DNA of 64,000 nucleotides from Clostridium sp. 26_21 (GTDB lineage Bacteria; Bacillota; Clostridia; TANB77; CAG-508): NCBI GenBank assembly GCA_001915995.1, contig MNRO01000022.1, positions 10,546 to 74,545 of the forward strand, read 5' to 3'. Shown piece by piece: positions 38,632 to 48,936 of this stretch (position 1 is its first letter; each line of letters starts with the position of its first letter). The notes under the pieces were generated by a model. It saw only the letters and a program-made list of their open reading frames with translations, ran no database searches and was not told where the DNA came from. The position numbers and the translations under genes were made by a program.

Positions 38632-39417
38632 ATGAAAGAATATAAAAATCATACTTTTGCAATATGTGCATATAAAGAATCACAATATTTAGAAGAATGT
38701 ATAAAATCATTAAAAAAACAAACAGTAAAAAGCAATATTATAATGGCAACATCAACCCCAAATAAATATATAGAAAATTTAGCACGAAAATATAATATAA
38801 AACTATATATAAATAATGGAGAACATGGAATTGGACAAGACTGGAATTTTGCAGTAAGTCAAACTACAACAGATTATGTAACAGTAGCACATCAAGATGA
38901 TATATATTGTGAAAACTATTTAGAAGAAATAGTAAAAAAACTAGAAAAAAATAAAGATTTTGTTATAGCATTTTCAGATTATAATGAAATAAAAAATGGT
39001 GAAACAATTCCATTAACAGTAAATTTGAAAATAAAAAAGATATTACAATTTCCATTAAAAATAAATGGAAAATCTAAATTTTCTAAGAAATTTGCACTAG
39101 CATTTGGATCAAGTATATGTTGTCCTGCAGTAACTGTAAATACTAAAATTTTAGGAAAAAAACCATATATAACAAATTTAAAATGTGATTTAGATTGGGA
39201 TTCATGGAATGAATTTTCAAAAATAAAAGGAAGATTTTTATATATTAATAAACCATTAATGAAACACAGAATACATGAAGAATCAGAAACAAGTAATTTA
39301 ATAGAAAACAATATAAGATTAGAAGAAGATTTATTAATGTTTAAGAAATTTTGGCCAGATTGGATGGCAAATTTGCTAATGAAAAAATATAAAAATGCTA
39401 TAAAAACAAACAATTAA
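38632..39417 (+). CDS. family-2 glycosyltransferase
   Basis: FAICAYKESQYLEECIKSLKKQT ... AHQDD motifs. Confidence 0.75.
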   Translation: MKEYKNHTFAICAYKESQYLEECIKSLKKQTVKSNIIMATSTPNKYIENLARKYNIKLYINNGEHGIGQDWNFAVSQTTTDYVTVAHQDDIYCENYLEEIVKKLEKNKDFVIAFSDYNEIKNGETIPLTVNLKIKKILQFPLKINGKSKFSKKFALAFGSSICCPAVTVNTKILGKKPYITNLKCDLDWDSWNEFSKIKGRFLYINKPLMKHRIHEESETSNLIENNIRLEEDLLMFKKFWPDWMANLLMKKYKNAIKTNN

Positions 39418-39431
39418 AAGGAGTTTTTAGG

Positions 39432-40889
39432 ATGAATATAGAAACACAATTAAATAATATAAAAACAAAGAAAATTTTAGTAGTAGGAGATATAATGCTA
39501 GATAAATATTTCTTTGGAGAAGTAAAAAGAATATCACCAGAAGCACCTGTTCCAGTATTACATAAAACAAGAGAAAAAATAGTACTTGGAGGTGCAGCAA
39601 ATGTTGCAAGAAATTTAGTTAGAGCAATCCAAGATGTATCAATTATGAGTGTAATAGGAAATGATGAAGAAGGAAAATTACTAAAAAATATATTAGAAGA
39701 AAATAATATAAAAACAGAATTATTAATACAAGATAAAACAAGATTAACAACAGTAAAAACAAGAATGATAGGTCAAAGTAATTCTCAATTATTAAGACTA
39801 GATGTTGAAGATGCAACACTTATATCTGATGAAATTTCTGACAAGATGATAGAATTATATGAAAAAAATATAGAAAAATTTGATATAATTATAATTTCAG
39901 ATTACAAAAAAGGTGTACTAAATATAAAGAATACAGCAAAACTTATAGAAATTGCTAATAAATATAATAAAAAAACATTAATAGATACTAAAGAGCCATC
40001 ATATGCAAAATATAAAGATGCATATTTAATAAAGCCAAACCTTAATGAATTAAAAGATTTAACAAAAATGAGTGTAAACAATGATGAAGAAATTGTAAAT
40101 GCTGCAAATGAATTAAGAAAACAAACAGGAGCAAAATATGTTTTAGCAACAAGAGGAAAAGATGGAATGACACTTGTTGATGAAAACAATTTTTACCATA
40201 TAAGAGGTGTATCAAAAGAAGTATATGATGTATCAGGAGCAGGAGATACAGTTATATCATATTTAGCAGTAGGACTTGCAAATAATTTCGAAATAGAAGA
40301 TGTAGCTAGATTAGCAAATATAGCATCAAGTATAGAAGTTTCAAAAATGGGAACATATGCAGTTTCAATAGAAGAAATAAGAGAACATATAGAAAAAGAA
40401 AATGGAGTATCATATTATAATAAATTACCATCTGTAGAAGAATTAACAAAGATTTTACAAAAAGAAAGAGAAAAAGGCAAGAAAATAGTATTTACTAATG
40501 GATGTTTTGATATATTCCATGTAGGACATTCGAGATATTTAAGACAAGCATCAACATATGGAGATATTTTAGTAGTTGGTGTAAATTCAGATGATTCTGT
40601 AAAAAGGCTAAAAGGACCAGAAAGACCAATTATATCAGAACAAGAAAGAATGGAATTATTAGCAGACTTACAATGTGTTTCATATGTTGTAAAATTTAGT
40701 GAAGATACACCATATGAATTAATAAAAAAATTACAACCAGATATTATTACAAAAGGTGGAGATTATAAGCCAGAAGAAGTTGTCGGAAAAGATATAGTTG
40801 AAGCAAGAGGTGGAAAAGTTATTATATGCAAACTTGTAGAAGGAAAATCTACTACAAATATTATTACTAAAATTAAAAATACCAAATAA
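39432..40889 (+). CDS. hldE: bifunctional D-beta-D-heptose 7-phosphate kinase / D-beta-D-heptose 1-phosphate adenylyltransferase
   Basis: N-terminal ribokinase-like domain ILVVGDIMLDKY...ISPEAPVPV. C-terminal cytidylyltransferase-like FTNGCFDIFHVGH. Confidence 0.85.
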   Translation: MNIETQLNNIKTKKILVVGDIMLDKYFFGEVKRISPEAPVPVLHKTREKIVLGGAANVARNLVRAIQDVSIMSVIGNDEEGKLLKNILEENNIKTELLIQDKTRLTTVKTRMIGQSNSQLLRLDVEDATLISDEISDKMIELYEKNIEKFDIIIISDYKKGVLNIKNTAKLIEIANKYNKKTLIDTKEPSYAKYKDAYLIKPNLNELKDLTKMSVNNDEEIVNAANELRKQTGAKYVLATRGKDGMTLVDENNFYHIRGVSKEVYDVSGAGDTVISYLAVGLANNFEIEDVARLANIASSIEVSKMGTYAVSIEEIREHIEKENGVSYYNKLPSVEELTKILQKEREKGKKIVFTNGCFDIFHVGHSRYLRQASTYGDILVVGVNSDDSVKRLKGPERPIISEQERMELLADLQCVSYVVKFSEDTPYELIKKLQPDIITKGGDYKPEEVVGKDIVEARGGKVIICKLVEGKSTTNIITKIKNTK

Positions 40890-40908
40890 GATTTTAGGAG
40901 GAAAAGAT

Positions 40909-41484
40909 ATGAAAAATGAAATTAAAGAAAAATTTATGTATAGCATAGAATGTAAAACAAAAGTAATAAATGATGATAAAATAATTGAAAAAGTAGAAGA
41001 AACATGTAATGCAATAATAAATTGTTATAAACAAGGACATAGAGTATATATTATGGGAAATGGTGGATCTGCAGCAGATGCACAACATTTTGCAGCAGAA
41101 TTAGTTGGAAGATATATGATGGAAAGAAAAGGATTACCAGCAGTAGCATTCACAACAGATACAAGTATTTTAACAGCTGTTGGAAATGATTATGGATATG
41201 ATGATGTATTTAGAAGACAAACAGAAGCATTAGTAGAAAAAGGTGATATTGTTTTTGGAATATCTACAAGTGGTAATTCTAAAAATGTTTATGAAGCATT
41301 AAAATTAGCACAAGAAAAAGGAGCTACAACAGTAGGATTTTTAGGAAAAACAGGAGGAACATGTAAAGAAGTTTGTAATATTCCAATTGTTATAGAATAC
41401 CCAAGAACTCCAAATATTCAAGAAGCACATGAAATGATAATGCATACAATATGTGAGATTGTTGAGAAAAAATTATATGAATAA
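40909..41484 (+). CDS. gmhA: sedoheptulose-7-phosphate isomerase (SIS domain)
   Basis: IMGNGGSAADAQHFAAELVGRY matches the GmhA signature. Confidence 0.85.
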   Translation: MKNEIKEKFMYSIECKTKVINDDKIIEKVEETCNAIINCYKQGHRVYIMGNGGSAADAQHFAAELVGRYMMERKGLPAVAFTTDTSILTAVGNDYGYDDVFRRQTEALVEKGDIVFGISTSGNSKNVYEALKLAQEKGATTVGFLGKTGGTCKEVCNIPIVIEYPRTPNIQEAHEMIMHTICEIVEKKLYE

Positions 41485-41995
41485 AGCAGTATTTTTAGAT
41501 AGAGATGGAACAATAAATGTTGATAAAAACTATCTTTATAAAATAGAAGATTGGGAATTTATTGATGGTGTAATAGAAGGATTGCAAATATTACAAAGAT
41601 TAGGATTTAAATTAATTGTAATTACAAATCAGTCAGGAATAGCAAGAGGATATTATACAGAAGAAGATGCTCATAAGATCTTTGATTATATGATAAAAGA
41701 ACTAGAAAAAAATAATATCAAAATAGAAAAAGTATACTATTGTCCACATATTGGAGATGAATGTAATTGCAGAAAGCCTAAATTAGGATTATTTTATAAA
41801 GCACAAAAAGATTTTGATATAGATTTTTCAAAGAGCTATGCAATTGGAGATAAAGTAAGAGATTTAGCAATATGTGATAAAGAAAATATAAAAGGATTTT
41901 TATTAAATGAAGATGAAAAGATTGAAAATCCAAGAATTCAGGTATGTAAAAATCTTTTAGAATCTGCAAAAATAATAGAAAAAAGGAATGGGTAA
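41477..41995 (+). CDS. gmhB: D,D-heptose 1,7-bisphosphate phosphatase (HAD family)
   Basis: FLDRDGTIN HAD motif I and CNCRKP zinc motif. Start set at ATGAATAAA overlapping the gmhA stop. Confidence 0.8.
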   Translation: MNKAVFLDRDGTINVDKNYLYKIEDWEFIDGVIEGLQILQRLGFKLIVITNQSGIARGYYTEEDAHKIFDYMIKELEKNNIKIEKVYYCPHIGDECNCRKPKLGLFYKAQKDFDIDFSKSYAIGDKVRDLAICDKENIKGFLLNEDEKIENPRIQVCKNLLESAKIIEKRNG

Positions 41996-43214
41996 CATGG
42001 GAAAAAAAGGATACTTTTCAGGTTTATTTACCAAAATAAATAATTTGGTTTTAAAAAATGAAAAAATAAGAAACTTAAAATCCATATATTACTATATAGA
42101 TGGTGTAATATTAAAATTTATAAAAAAACCACAAAAAGAAGAAAATTCAAAAAAGAAAGTTATAATAGTTTACAATTTAGCACTTGGAGATGCTGCAATG
42201 TTTAACTGTGCATTAAAAAATATAAGAGAAATTTATCCAAGAGAAAAATATGAAATAACAATAGCTTGTCAAAAAGGCTTGAATAAAATATATGAAGCAA
42301 CAAATTTATTTGATAATGTTTTAAGTTTTAATTTTACACAAGCAACAGTTAATTTAAAAGAAAGAAAAAAATTATACAAAGAATTAAGAAAAGTAAAATA
42401 TGATATATTACTAGATCCAGTAGGAATTGAGGATTGTTCAACTAATATATTAGTATCTAGAGCAATATGTAGTGAAGAAAAAATAGGAATAATAAATTAT
42501 GGAAGAACAATAAAATGTCCTCAAAAAATATATAAAAAAATATATACAAAACTTTTAGAAGTAGATAATGCAAAAATGCACTTAATAGACCATTATTTTG
42601 AATTCTTTAATTTATTAGGAAATATAAATAAAGAACCAGAATTTATTAATTTACCAAGTGAACCAATAAAAGAAGAAATAAAAGAAAACTATTTTATAGT
42701 ATATCCAAGTGCAAGTACAGAATACAAAAGGTGGCCAATAGATAGATTTGCTGAAATAACTAAAAGGGTATATCAAAAAACAAAATTGACATTAATTGTT
42801 TGTGGCACAAATTCAGATAGACAAACTAATGATGAATTAATAAAATTAATAAAAGATGATGTAAAATATATAGATATGACAGGAAAAACATCAATATTAG
42901 AATATATTGATTTAATAAAAAAAGCAAAATTTGTAATAACAAATGATACAGGAATTTATCATATTGCAGTAGTATCAGAAGTTCCAGTATGTATAACAGC
43001 AGGGGCATATACATATGATAGATATTTAACATATAACTTTAAAGGTGCCGAAAAATATAAAAAACCATATGTAGCATGTGTGAAAATGGAATGCGCAAAT
43101 TGTGATAACAGATGTATTAAATCAAATGAATTAGAAAAAACTTGGCCATGTTTAGATAAAGTAACTATAGAAATGGCATGGAAAAAAGTTGAAGAAATGA
43201 TTAATAAATTATAA
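41988..43214 (+). CDS. GT9-family ADP-heptose:glycan heptosyltransferase-like protein
   Basis: N-terminal IIVYNLALGDAAMF (GT9 LGD motif), GT-B architecture, C-terminal CxxC pairs. Confidence 0.6.
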   Translation: MGNMGKKGYFSGLFTKINNLVLKNEKIRNLKSIYYYIDGVILKFIKKPQKEENSKKKVIIVYNLALGDAAMFNCALKNIREIYPREKYEITIACQKGLNKIYEATNLFDNVLSFNFTQATVNLKERKKLYKELRKVKYDILLDPVGIEDCSTNILVSRAICSEEKIGIINYGRTIKCPQKIYKKIYTKLLEVDNAKMHLIDHYFEFFNLLGNINKEPEFINLPSEPIKEEIKENYFIVYPSASTEYKRWPIDRFAEITKRVYQKTKLTLIVCGTNSDRQTNDELIKLIKDDVKYIDMTGKTSILEYIDLIKKAKFVITNDTGIYHIAVVSEVPVCITAGAYTYDRYLTYNFKGAEKYKKPYVACVKMECANCDNRCIKSNELEKTWPCLDKVTIEMAWKKVEEMINKL

Positions 43215-43246
43215 AAAATAAATTTAGCAGTAAAAGGAGGAGTATA

Positions 43247-44698
43247 TTGGAAGAAAATAGAGAAGAAGATGGCAAAAAAACAGTAATTTCAATGATTACA
43301 TATTTAATTGCTAATATAATAGGAATGGCAGTATCTTTAGTAGCATTACCAATATTAACAAATCTACTTTCTACTGCTGAAATGGGAATTGCAACAAGTT
43401 TCATAACATTAAAAAACATAGTAACAATAATAATATTGCTAGCAATGTATATATCTATTGATAAAATGTATATATCAATAAAAGACACAAATGAGAGATA
43501 TAAATATTTATCATCAATTTATATTTTTTCAACAATTATAGCAATACTAATATATATAATGTATTTCATATTCCAAGGACCACTAAATAAAATGCTTGGA
43601 TTTAATACAAAAATGATGACATTAATGTTTATAATGTGTATATTAATAAATGGTTGTACATTAATGGTAGCAAACTGGAATTTTTGTAATAAAGCAAAAT
43701 ACACATTCTTATATAACCTATTTGTATCACCAGTTTCACAAATATTGTCAATAATACTTGTATTAATATTGCCATCAGAAAAATATTTGGGAAGAATAAT
43801 AGGAGTAGACTTTTTTAATATAACATTAGGAATAATATGTGGAATAGTAATAATCAAAAAAGGAAAAAGAGCAGTTGAAAAAAAATATATAAAAGAAAGT
43901 TTACAAATCAGTTTACCGATGATACCACATTTATTATCACAAATATTTTTATCAAGTTGTGATTTATTAATGATTAAAAGTATAGTTAGTGAATCTAGTG
44001 CAGGGATTTATAGTGTAGCATATACAATTTCAAATATTTTATATACAATTTCTTTGCAAATTTTCAAACCTTGGTCTCCATGGGTATATAGAAGAATTGA
44101 AAATAAAGAAACAGATTCGATAAAAGAAAATTCAAAACTAATAATACATATTGTATGGATATTTTGTATAGGAATATTCACAATTTCACCAGAATTAATA
44201 AAAATCTTTATAAACTCTGAATATGGAGAAGCATCATTAATAGTACCACCAATATGTTTAGGAATCTTTTTCCAAATGATGTATACATTTTTCTATGATA
44301 TAGAATATTATCACAAAAAGAATAAACAAATAGCAATGTTTTCAGTAATTACAGCCATAATAAATATAGTATTAAATTATATAGCAATACATATTTGGGG
44401 ATATCAAGCAGCAGCATATACAACAATAGTAAGTTATATGATATTATGTATATTACATTATTTTGGAATGAGGAAAATAGATAAAACACAATATTATGAT
44501 TTAAAAACATTATTAGTATTAAGTTGTGTTTTAATATTGATAACATTTGCAAATGTTGTATTTAATAATAGTATTTTAATAAGATATATAATTCTAATAT
44601 TCAGTGGAATTTATATTTTAATAAGATATAGAAAACTAATCAAAGATATGTTAAATAAATTTAGAAAAAAGAAGATGATTAGTGAGAAAGGAGAATAA
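43247..44698 (+). CDS. Wzx-like oligosaccharide flippase (MOP superfamily)
   Basis: ~12-14 predicted TM helices. TTG start after an AAGGAGGAG ribosome-binding site. Confidence 0.7.
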   Translation: MEENREEDGKKTVISMITYLIANIIGMAVSLVALPILTNLLSTAEMGIATSFITLKNIVTIIILLAMYISIDKMYISIKDTNERYKYLSSIYIFSTIIAILIYIMYFIFQGPLNKMLGFNTKMMTLMFIMCILINGCTLMVANWNFCNKAKYTFLYNLFVSPVSQILSIILVLILPSEKYLGRIIGVDFFNITLGIICGIVIIKKGKRAVEKKYIKESLQISLPMIPHLLSQIFLSSCDLLMIKSIVSESSAGIYSVAYTISNILYTISLQIFKPWSPWVYRRIENKETDSIKENSKLIIHIVWIFCIGIFTISPELIKIFINSEYGEASLIVPPICLGIFFQMMYTFFYDIEYYHKKNKQIAMFSVITAIINIVLNYIAIHIWGYQAAAYTTIVSYMILCILHYFGMRKIDKTQYYDLKTLLVLSCVLILITFANVVFNNSILIRYIILIFSGIYILIRYRKLIKDMLNKFRKKKMISEKGE

Positions 44699-44699
44699 A

Positions 44700-45710
44700 A
44701 TGTCAGTATTAGTAACAGGAGGAGCTGGATATATAGGAAGCCATACAGTAGTTGAATTGTTAAATTCAGGAAAAGATGTAATTATAATAGATAATTTTTC
44801 AAATAGTAAACCAGAAGTATTAGAAAATATAAAAAAAATAACAGGAAAAGACTTTAAGTTTTATGAAGTAGATTATTTAAACAGAAAAGAACTAGAAAAA
44901 GTTTTTGAAGAAAATAATATTGAAGCAGTTCTAAATTTTGCTGGATATAAAGCTGTTGGAGAATCTGTAAAAAAACCATTAGAATATTATGAAAATAATA
45001 TATCAGGAGCAATTGTTTTATTAGAGACAATGAGAAAATATAATGTCAAGAAATTTATATTCAGTTCATCAGCAACAGTATATGGAGAACCAGAAAGAAT
45101 ACCATTAACAGAAGATTGTAAAACAGGTGGAACAACAAATCCATATGGAACAACAAAATTATTTATAGAACAAATATTACAAGATTTATATAAATCAGAT
45201 AATACATGGGATATAGCAATATTAAGATATTTTAATCCTGTAGGAGCACATGAAAGTGGATTAATAGGAGAGGAGCCACAAGGAATTCCAAACAATTTAA
45301 TGCCATATATAGTAAGAGTTGCATCAGGAGAATTAGAACAATTATCAGTATTTGGAAATGATTATAATACACCAGATGGAACAGGTGTAAGAGATTATAT
45401 ACATGTTGTTGATTTGGCAAAAGGACATATAAAAGCACTAGAAAAATTAGAAAAAGAAAGCACAGGAATATATATTTATAATTTAGGTACAGGCGTAGGG
45501 TATAGTGTTTTAGATATGGTAAAAGCATTTGAAGAATCAACAGGAAAAAAAGTTAATTATAAAATAGCAGAAAGAAGAGCTGGAGATATAGCAACATGTT
45601 ATTCAGATCCAGCTAAAGCAAAAAAAGAATTAAATTGGGAAGCAACAAAAAACTTGGAAGATATGTGTAGAGATTCTTGGAAATATATTCAAAATAGAAA
45701 AAATAAATAA
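44700..45710 (+). CDS. galE: UDP-glucose 4-epimerase
   Basis: VLVTGGAGYIGSH, catalytic SSSATVYG...Y...K. Start set at ATG 44700 after AGAAAGGAG. Confidence 0.85.
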   Translation: MSVLVTGGAGYIGSHTVVELLNSGKDVIIIDNFSNSKPEVLENIKKITGKDFKFYEVDYLNRKELEKVFEENNIEAVLNFAGYKAVGESVKKPLEYYENNISGAIVLLETMRKYNVKKFIFSSSATVYGEPERIPLTEDCKTGGTTNPYGTTKLFIEQILQDLYKSDNTWDIAILRYFNPVGAHESGLIGEEPQGIPNNLMPYIVRVASGELEQLSVFGNDYNTPDGTGVRDYIHVVDLAKGHIKALEKLEKESTGIYIYNLGTGVGYSVLDMVKAFEESTGKKVNYKIAERRAGDIATCYSDPAKAKKELNWEATKNLEDMCRDSWKYIQNRKNK

Positions 45711-45817
45711 AAGATTAAATTTTGAATATGTTTTGTGAAAAATGTACATAAAATAATAGAAAATATATAAAATACGAAAGTTAGAAAATTGAGTTATTGG
45801 AAGGAAATTGATTATTT

Positions 45818-46813
45818 ATGTTTGGATTTGGGCAAGATATAGGGATAGATTTAGGAACAGCAACTATAATTGCATATGTAAAAGGGAAAGGTGTTGTTTT
45901 AAGAGAACCATCAGTAGTGGCTGTTGATAGTAATACAAAAGAAGTACTAGCAGTAGGGCAAGAAGCAAGAAGAATGTTAGGAAGAACACCAGGAAACATA
46001 GTAGCTACAAGACCTTTAAGAGAAGGAGTAATATCAGATTATACTGTTACTGAAAAAATGCTAAAATATTTTATAAATAAAGTAAAAGGAAAAACGATAT
46101 TTGCACCAAGAACAATGATTTGCATACCATCAAGAGTTACAGAAGTAGAAAAGAAAGCTGTAATAGATGCAGCAACACAAGCAGGAGCTAGAAAAGTATT
46201 TTTAATAGAAGAACCAATTGCAGCAGCAATTGGAGCAGGATTAGATATTGCTAAACCTTGTGGAAATATGATTGTAGATATTGGAGGAGGAACAACAGAT
46301 ATAGCAGTAATATCTCTTGGGGGATCTGTTGAGAGTACATCATTAAAAGTAGCAGGTGATAAATTTGACGAAGCAATAGTCAAATATATAAAAAAGAAAC
46401 ATAATGTAATGATAGGAGAAAGAACTGCTGAAGATTTAAAAATAAATATAGGCTGTGTTTATCCTAAGATTCAAGACTCACAAATGGAAATAAGGGGAAG
46501 GGACTTAACAACAGGATTGCCAAAAAATATTATTGTACGTTCAAGTGAAATGTTAGAAGCATTAATAGAACCAGCAATGCAAATTGTAGAAGCAGTGCAT
46601 TCAGTTTTAGAAAAAACGCCACCAGAATTATCAGCAGATATAAGTGATAGAGGAATATATATGACAGGTGGAGGATGTTTAATTGATGGATTAGACAGAC
46701 TATTACAAGAAAAAACAGGAATAAATGTTATGATTGCAGATGATGCTGTATCTTGTGTTGCTTTAGGAACTGGAAAAGCACTAGATAATTTAGATAATTT
46801 GGAAAGAAAATAA
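45818..46813 (+). CDS. mreB: rod-shape determining actin homolog MreB/Mbl
   Basis: IGIDLGTATI phosphate-1 motif, DIGGGTTD phosphate-2 motif. Confidence 0.9.
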   Translation: MFGFGQDIGIDLGTATIIAYVKGKGVVLREPSVVAVDSNTKEVLAVGQEARRMLGRTPGNIVATRPLREGVISDYTVTEKMLKYFINKVKGKTIFAPRTMICIPSRVTEVEKKAVIDAATQAGARKVFLIEEPIAAAIGAGLDIAKPCGNMIVDIGGGTTDIAVISLGGSVESTSLKVAGDKFDEAIVKYIKKKHNVMIGERTAEDLKINIGCVYPKIQDSQMEIRGRDLTTGLPKNIIVRSSEMLEALIEPAMQIVEAVHSVLEKTPPELSADISDRGIYMTGGGCLIDGLDRLLQEKTGINVMIADDAVSCVALGTGKALDNLDNLERK

Positions 46814-46818
46814 AAAAG

Positions 46819-46847
46819 AAAGGCATGTGTTAAAACAGGCCTTTTTT
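46819..46847 (+). terminator. mreB terminator
   Basis: AAAGGCATGT...ACAGGCCTTT stem followed by T6. Confidence 0.55.
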
Positions 46848-46854
46848 GGAATAA

Positions 46855-46887
46855 AAAAATATAAGATAAAATATTTTTATTTTATCT
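46855..46887 (-). terminator. rpsT terminator
   Basis: AGATAAAAT-attttt-ATTTTATCT perfect 9-bp stem, with a T-run on the minus strand. Confidence 0.55.
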
Positions 46888-46897
46888 TATATTTTTA

Positions 46898-47161
46898 CTA
46901 TGCCATAGCATTTAATTTTTTTGACATACTAGATTTTTTTCTAGCAGCTGTATTTTTTACGATAACACCTTTTGTACAAGCTTGATCAACTTTCTTTGTA
47001 GCTTCAGACATTAAAGTAGTAGCTTCAGCTTTATTTCCAGCAGCAACTGCTTGCTCAAATTTCTTAACAGCTGATTTATATGCACTTTTAATCATATTAT
47101 TTGTTAATGTTTTCTTTTCAATAATCTTAACTCTCTTTTTTGCTGATTTAATATTTGGCAT
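46898..47161 (-). CDS. rpsT: 30S ribosomal protein S20
   Basis: [11 protein letters not shown]... typical S20 N-terminus, 87-aa product. Confidence 0.9.
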   Translation of the reverse strand: MPNIKSAKKRVKIIEKKTLTNNMIKSAYKSAVKKFEQAVAAGNKAEATTLMSEATKKVDQACTKGVIVKNTAARKKSSMSKKLNAMA

Positions 47162-47334
47162 TTAAAATGCACCTCCTCTTAGTAAAATAACTATAACGCA
47201 TACAATTATAACATACAAAAATTAATTTGACAATACCAAAAAAGGATTTTTTTGAAAATTGTTGCACTTTATACAAGAATATGATATATTATTAAAGAAT
47301 TTATCAAATCATAAATAAAGAAAGGTGAGTGTTT

Positions 47335-47781
47335 ATGATAGCTATAGGTAGTGACCATGGAGGTTACAAATTAAAAGAAGAAATAAAAAAATATTTAGAA
47401 GAAAAAGAAATAGAATGTGAAGATTGTGGAACATTTTCAGAAGACAGAGCAGATTATCCTGAAATAGCTAAAACAGTAGCATTAGAAATTCAAAATAAAC
47501 AATGTGATAAAGGAATACTAATATGTCGTTCTGGAATAGGAATGAGTATTGTTGCTAATAAATTTAAAGGAATAAGATGTGCGAAATGTGATAATGATGA
47601 AGAAGCAAAATATTCAAAAATGCACAACAATAGTAATGTATTAGCTTTAGGAGCTGATTATATAGAAACAGATGAAGCTATAAGAATAGTAAGAATGTGG
47701 TTAGCAACAGAATTTGAAGGTGGAAGACATCAAGAAAGAATACAAATGATAGATGAAATTGAAAATGAAAATATGAAATAA
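47335..47781 (+). CDS. rpiB: ribose-5-phosphate isomerase B
   Basis: IAIGSDHGG N-terminus, RpiB/LacAB family. ATG 47335 follows an AAAGGTGAG ribosome-binding site. Confidence 0.85.
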   Translation: MIAIGSDHGGYKLKEEIKKYLEEKEIECEDCGTFSEDRADYPEIAKTVALEIQNKQCDKGILICRSGIGMSIVANKFKGIRCAKCDNDEEAKYSKMHNNSNVLALGADYIETDEAIRIVRMWLATEFEGGRHQERIQMIDEIENENMK

Positions 47782-47796
47782 TGGAGGAATACATAA

Positions 47797-48909
47797 ATGT
47801 GGGGAAATATAGCAATTGCTTTTATATTAGCATTTATAGTATCATTTGTAGCAACACCATATACAATAAGAATTGCTAATAAAATTGGAGCAGTAGATAT
47901 ACCAAAAGATCAAAGAAGAATGCATACAAAAACAATGCCAAAATTTGGTGGGCCAGCCGTAATTTTAGGAGTTTTAGTATCAATGATATATTTAATTGCA
48001 GTAATGTCAATTGAAGGGAGTTTAGATTTATTTTCAACACAACAATATGGAAAAAAGCTATTAGGAGTATTATTAGGAGTTATTGTAATAGCAATAACGG
48101 GAACATTAGATGATATAAAAACATTAAAACCATGGCAAGAACTATTAGGGCAAACAATAGCAGCAATAATAGTAGTTTATTTTGGAATAAAAATAGAACA
48201 TTTAGATATACCATTTTTATATAGGTTAGGTTTTAATGAATCTTTTTCAACAATAATAACAGTATTATGGATTGTTGGAGTAACAAATGCAATAAATTTA
48301 ATAGATGGATTAGATGGATTATCATCTGGAATCTCATTAATATCATGTATATCATTATTAATAATATTTATATTAAATGATTCACCAATGATAGCAACAG
48401 TAATAGTAACAGCAATGTCAGGAGCATTAGTAGGATTTTTACCATACAATTTTTCACCAGCAAAAACATTTATAGGAGATACAGGTTCAAATTTTCTAGG
48501 ATTTATGCTTGCAATAGTATCAATATTAGGAGTTGCTAAAACATATACATTAGCAGTAATTGTATTGCCAGTGATAGTATTAGGATTACCAATATTTGAT
48601 GTATTATTTGCAATAATAAGAAGAATAATAAAAGGAAAATCTATAAAAGCAGTATTTAAACCAGATAAAGGACATTTACATCATAGATTAGTAGAAAAAG
48701 GATTTACACCTAAACAAGCTGTTTTAATATTATATGGATTAAGTGCATCACTTGGAATGTTTGCAATAATATTATTTGATAGTGGAATATGGAAAGCATT
48801 ATCATTTCTATTATTAATAATTGCAGCAGTTGTAATGGGATATAAAAACTTTATGAGAGAACAAGAAGCTAGACCTAAAATTGAAGGAAAAGTAGAGAAA
48901 AAAAGTTAA
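47797..48909 (+). CDS. undecaprenyl-phosphate N-acetylhexosamine-1-phosphate transferase (WecA/TagO-like, MraY family)
   Basis: NAINLIDGLDGL and the DxxD motif of the polyprenyl-phosphate GlcNAc-1-P transferase family. 10-11 TM helices. Confidence 0.85.
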   Translation: MWGNIAIAFILAFIVSFVATPYTIRIANKIGAVDIPKDQRRMHTKTMPKFGGPAVILGVLVSMIYLIAVMSIEGSLDLFSTQQYGKKLLGVLLGVIVIAITGTLDDIKTLKPWQELLGQTIAAIIVVYFGIKIEHLDIPFLYRLGFNESFSTIITVLWIVGVTNAINLIDGLDGLSSGISLISCISLLIIFILNDSPMIATVIVTAMSGALVGFLPYNFSPAKTFIGDTGSNFLGFMLAIVSILGVAKTYTLAVIVLPVIVLGLPIFDVLFAIIRRIIKGKSIKAVFKPDKGHLHHRLVEKGFTPKQAVLILYGLSASLGMFAIILFDSGIWKALSFLLLIIAAVVMGYKNFMREQEARPKIEGKVEKKS

Positions 48910-48936
48910 TATTAAGAAAGGAATGAAAAACAGAAA

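Noticed and set aside
44682-44699. Longer galE start (MRKENKMSVLV...) given in the ORF track
   Set aside because: The extension overlaps the flippase 3' end and lacks a ribosome-binding site. ATG 44700 follows AGAAAGGAG and gives the canonical MSVLVTGGAGYIGSH N-terminus.
46801-47334. Riboswitch or leader structures upstream of rpiB, minD, or the flippase-like gene at 22675
   Set aside because: These spacers are AT-rich, with only promoter-like hexamers and terminators. No conserved G+C-rich multi-stem structure is visible.
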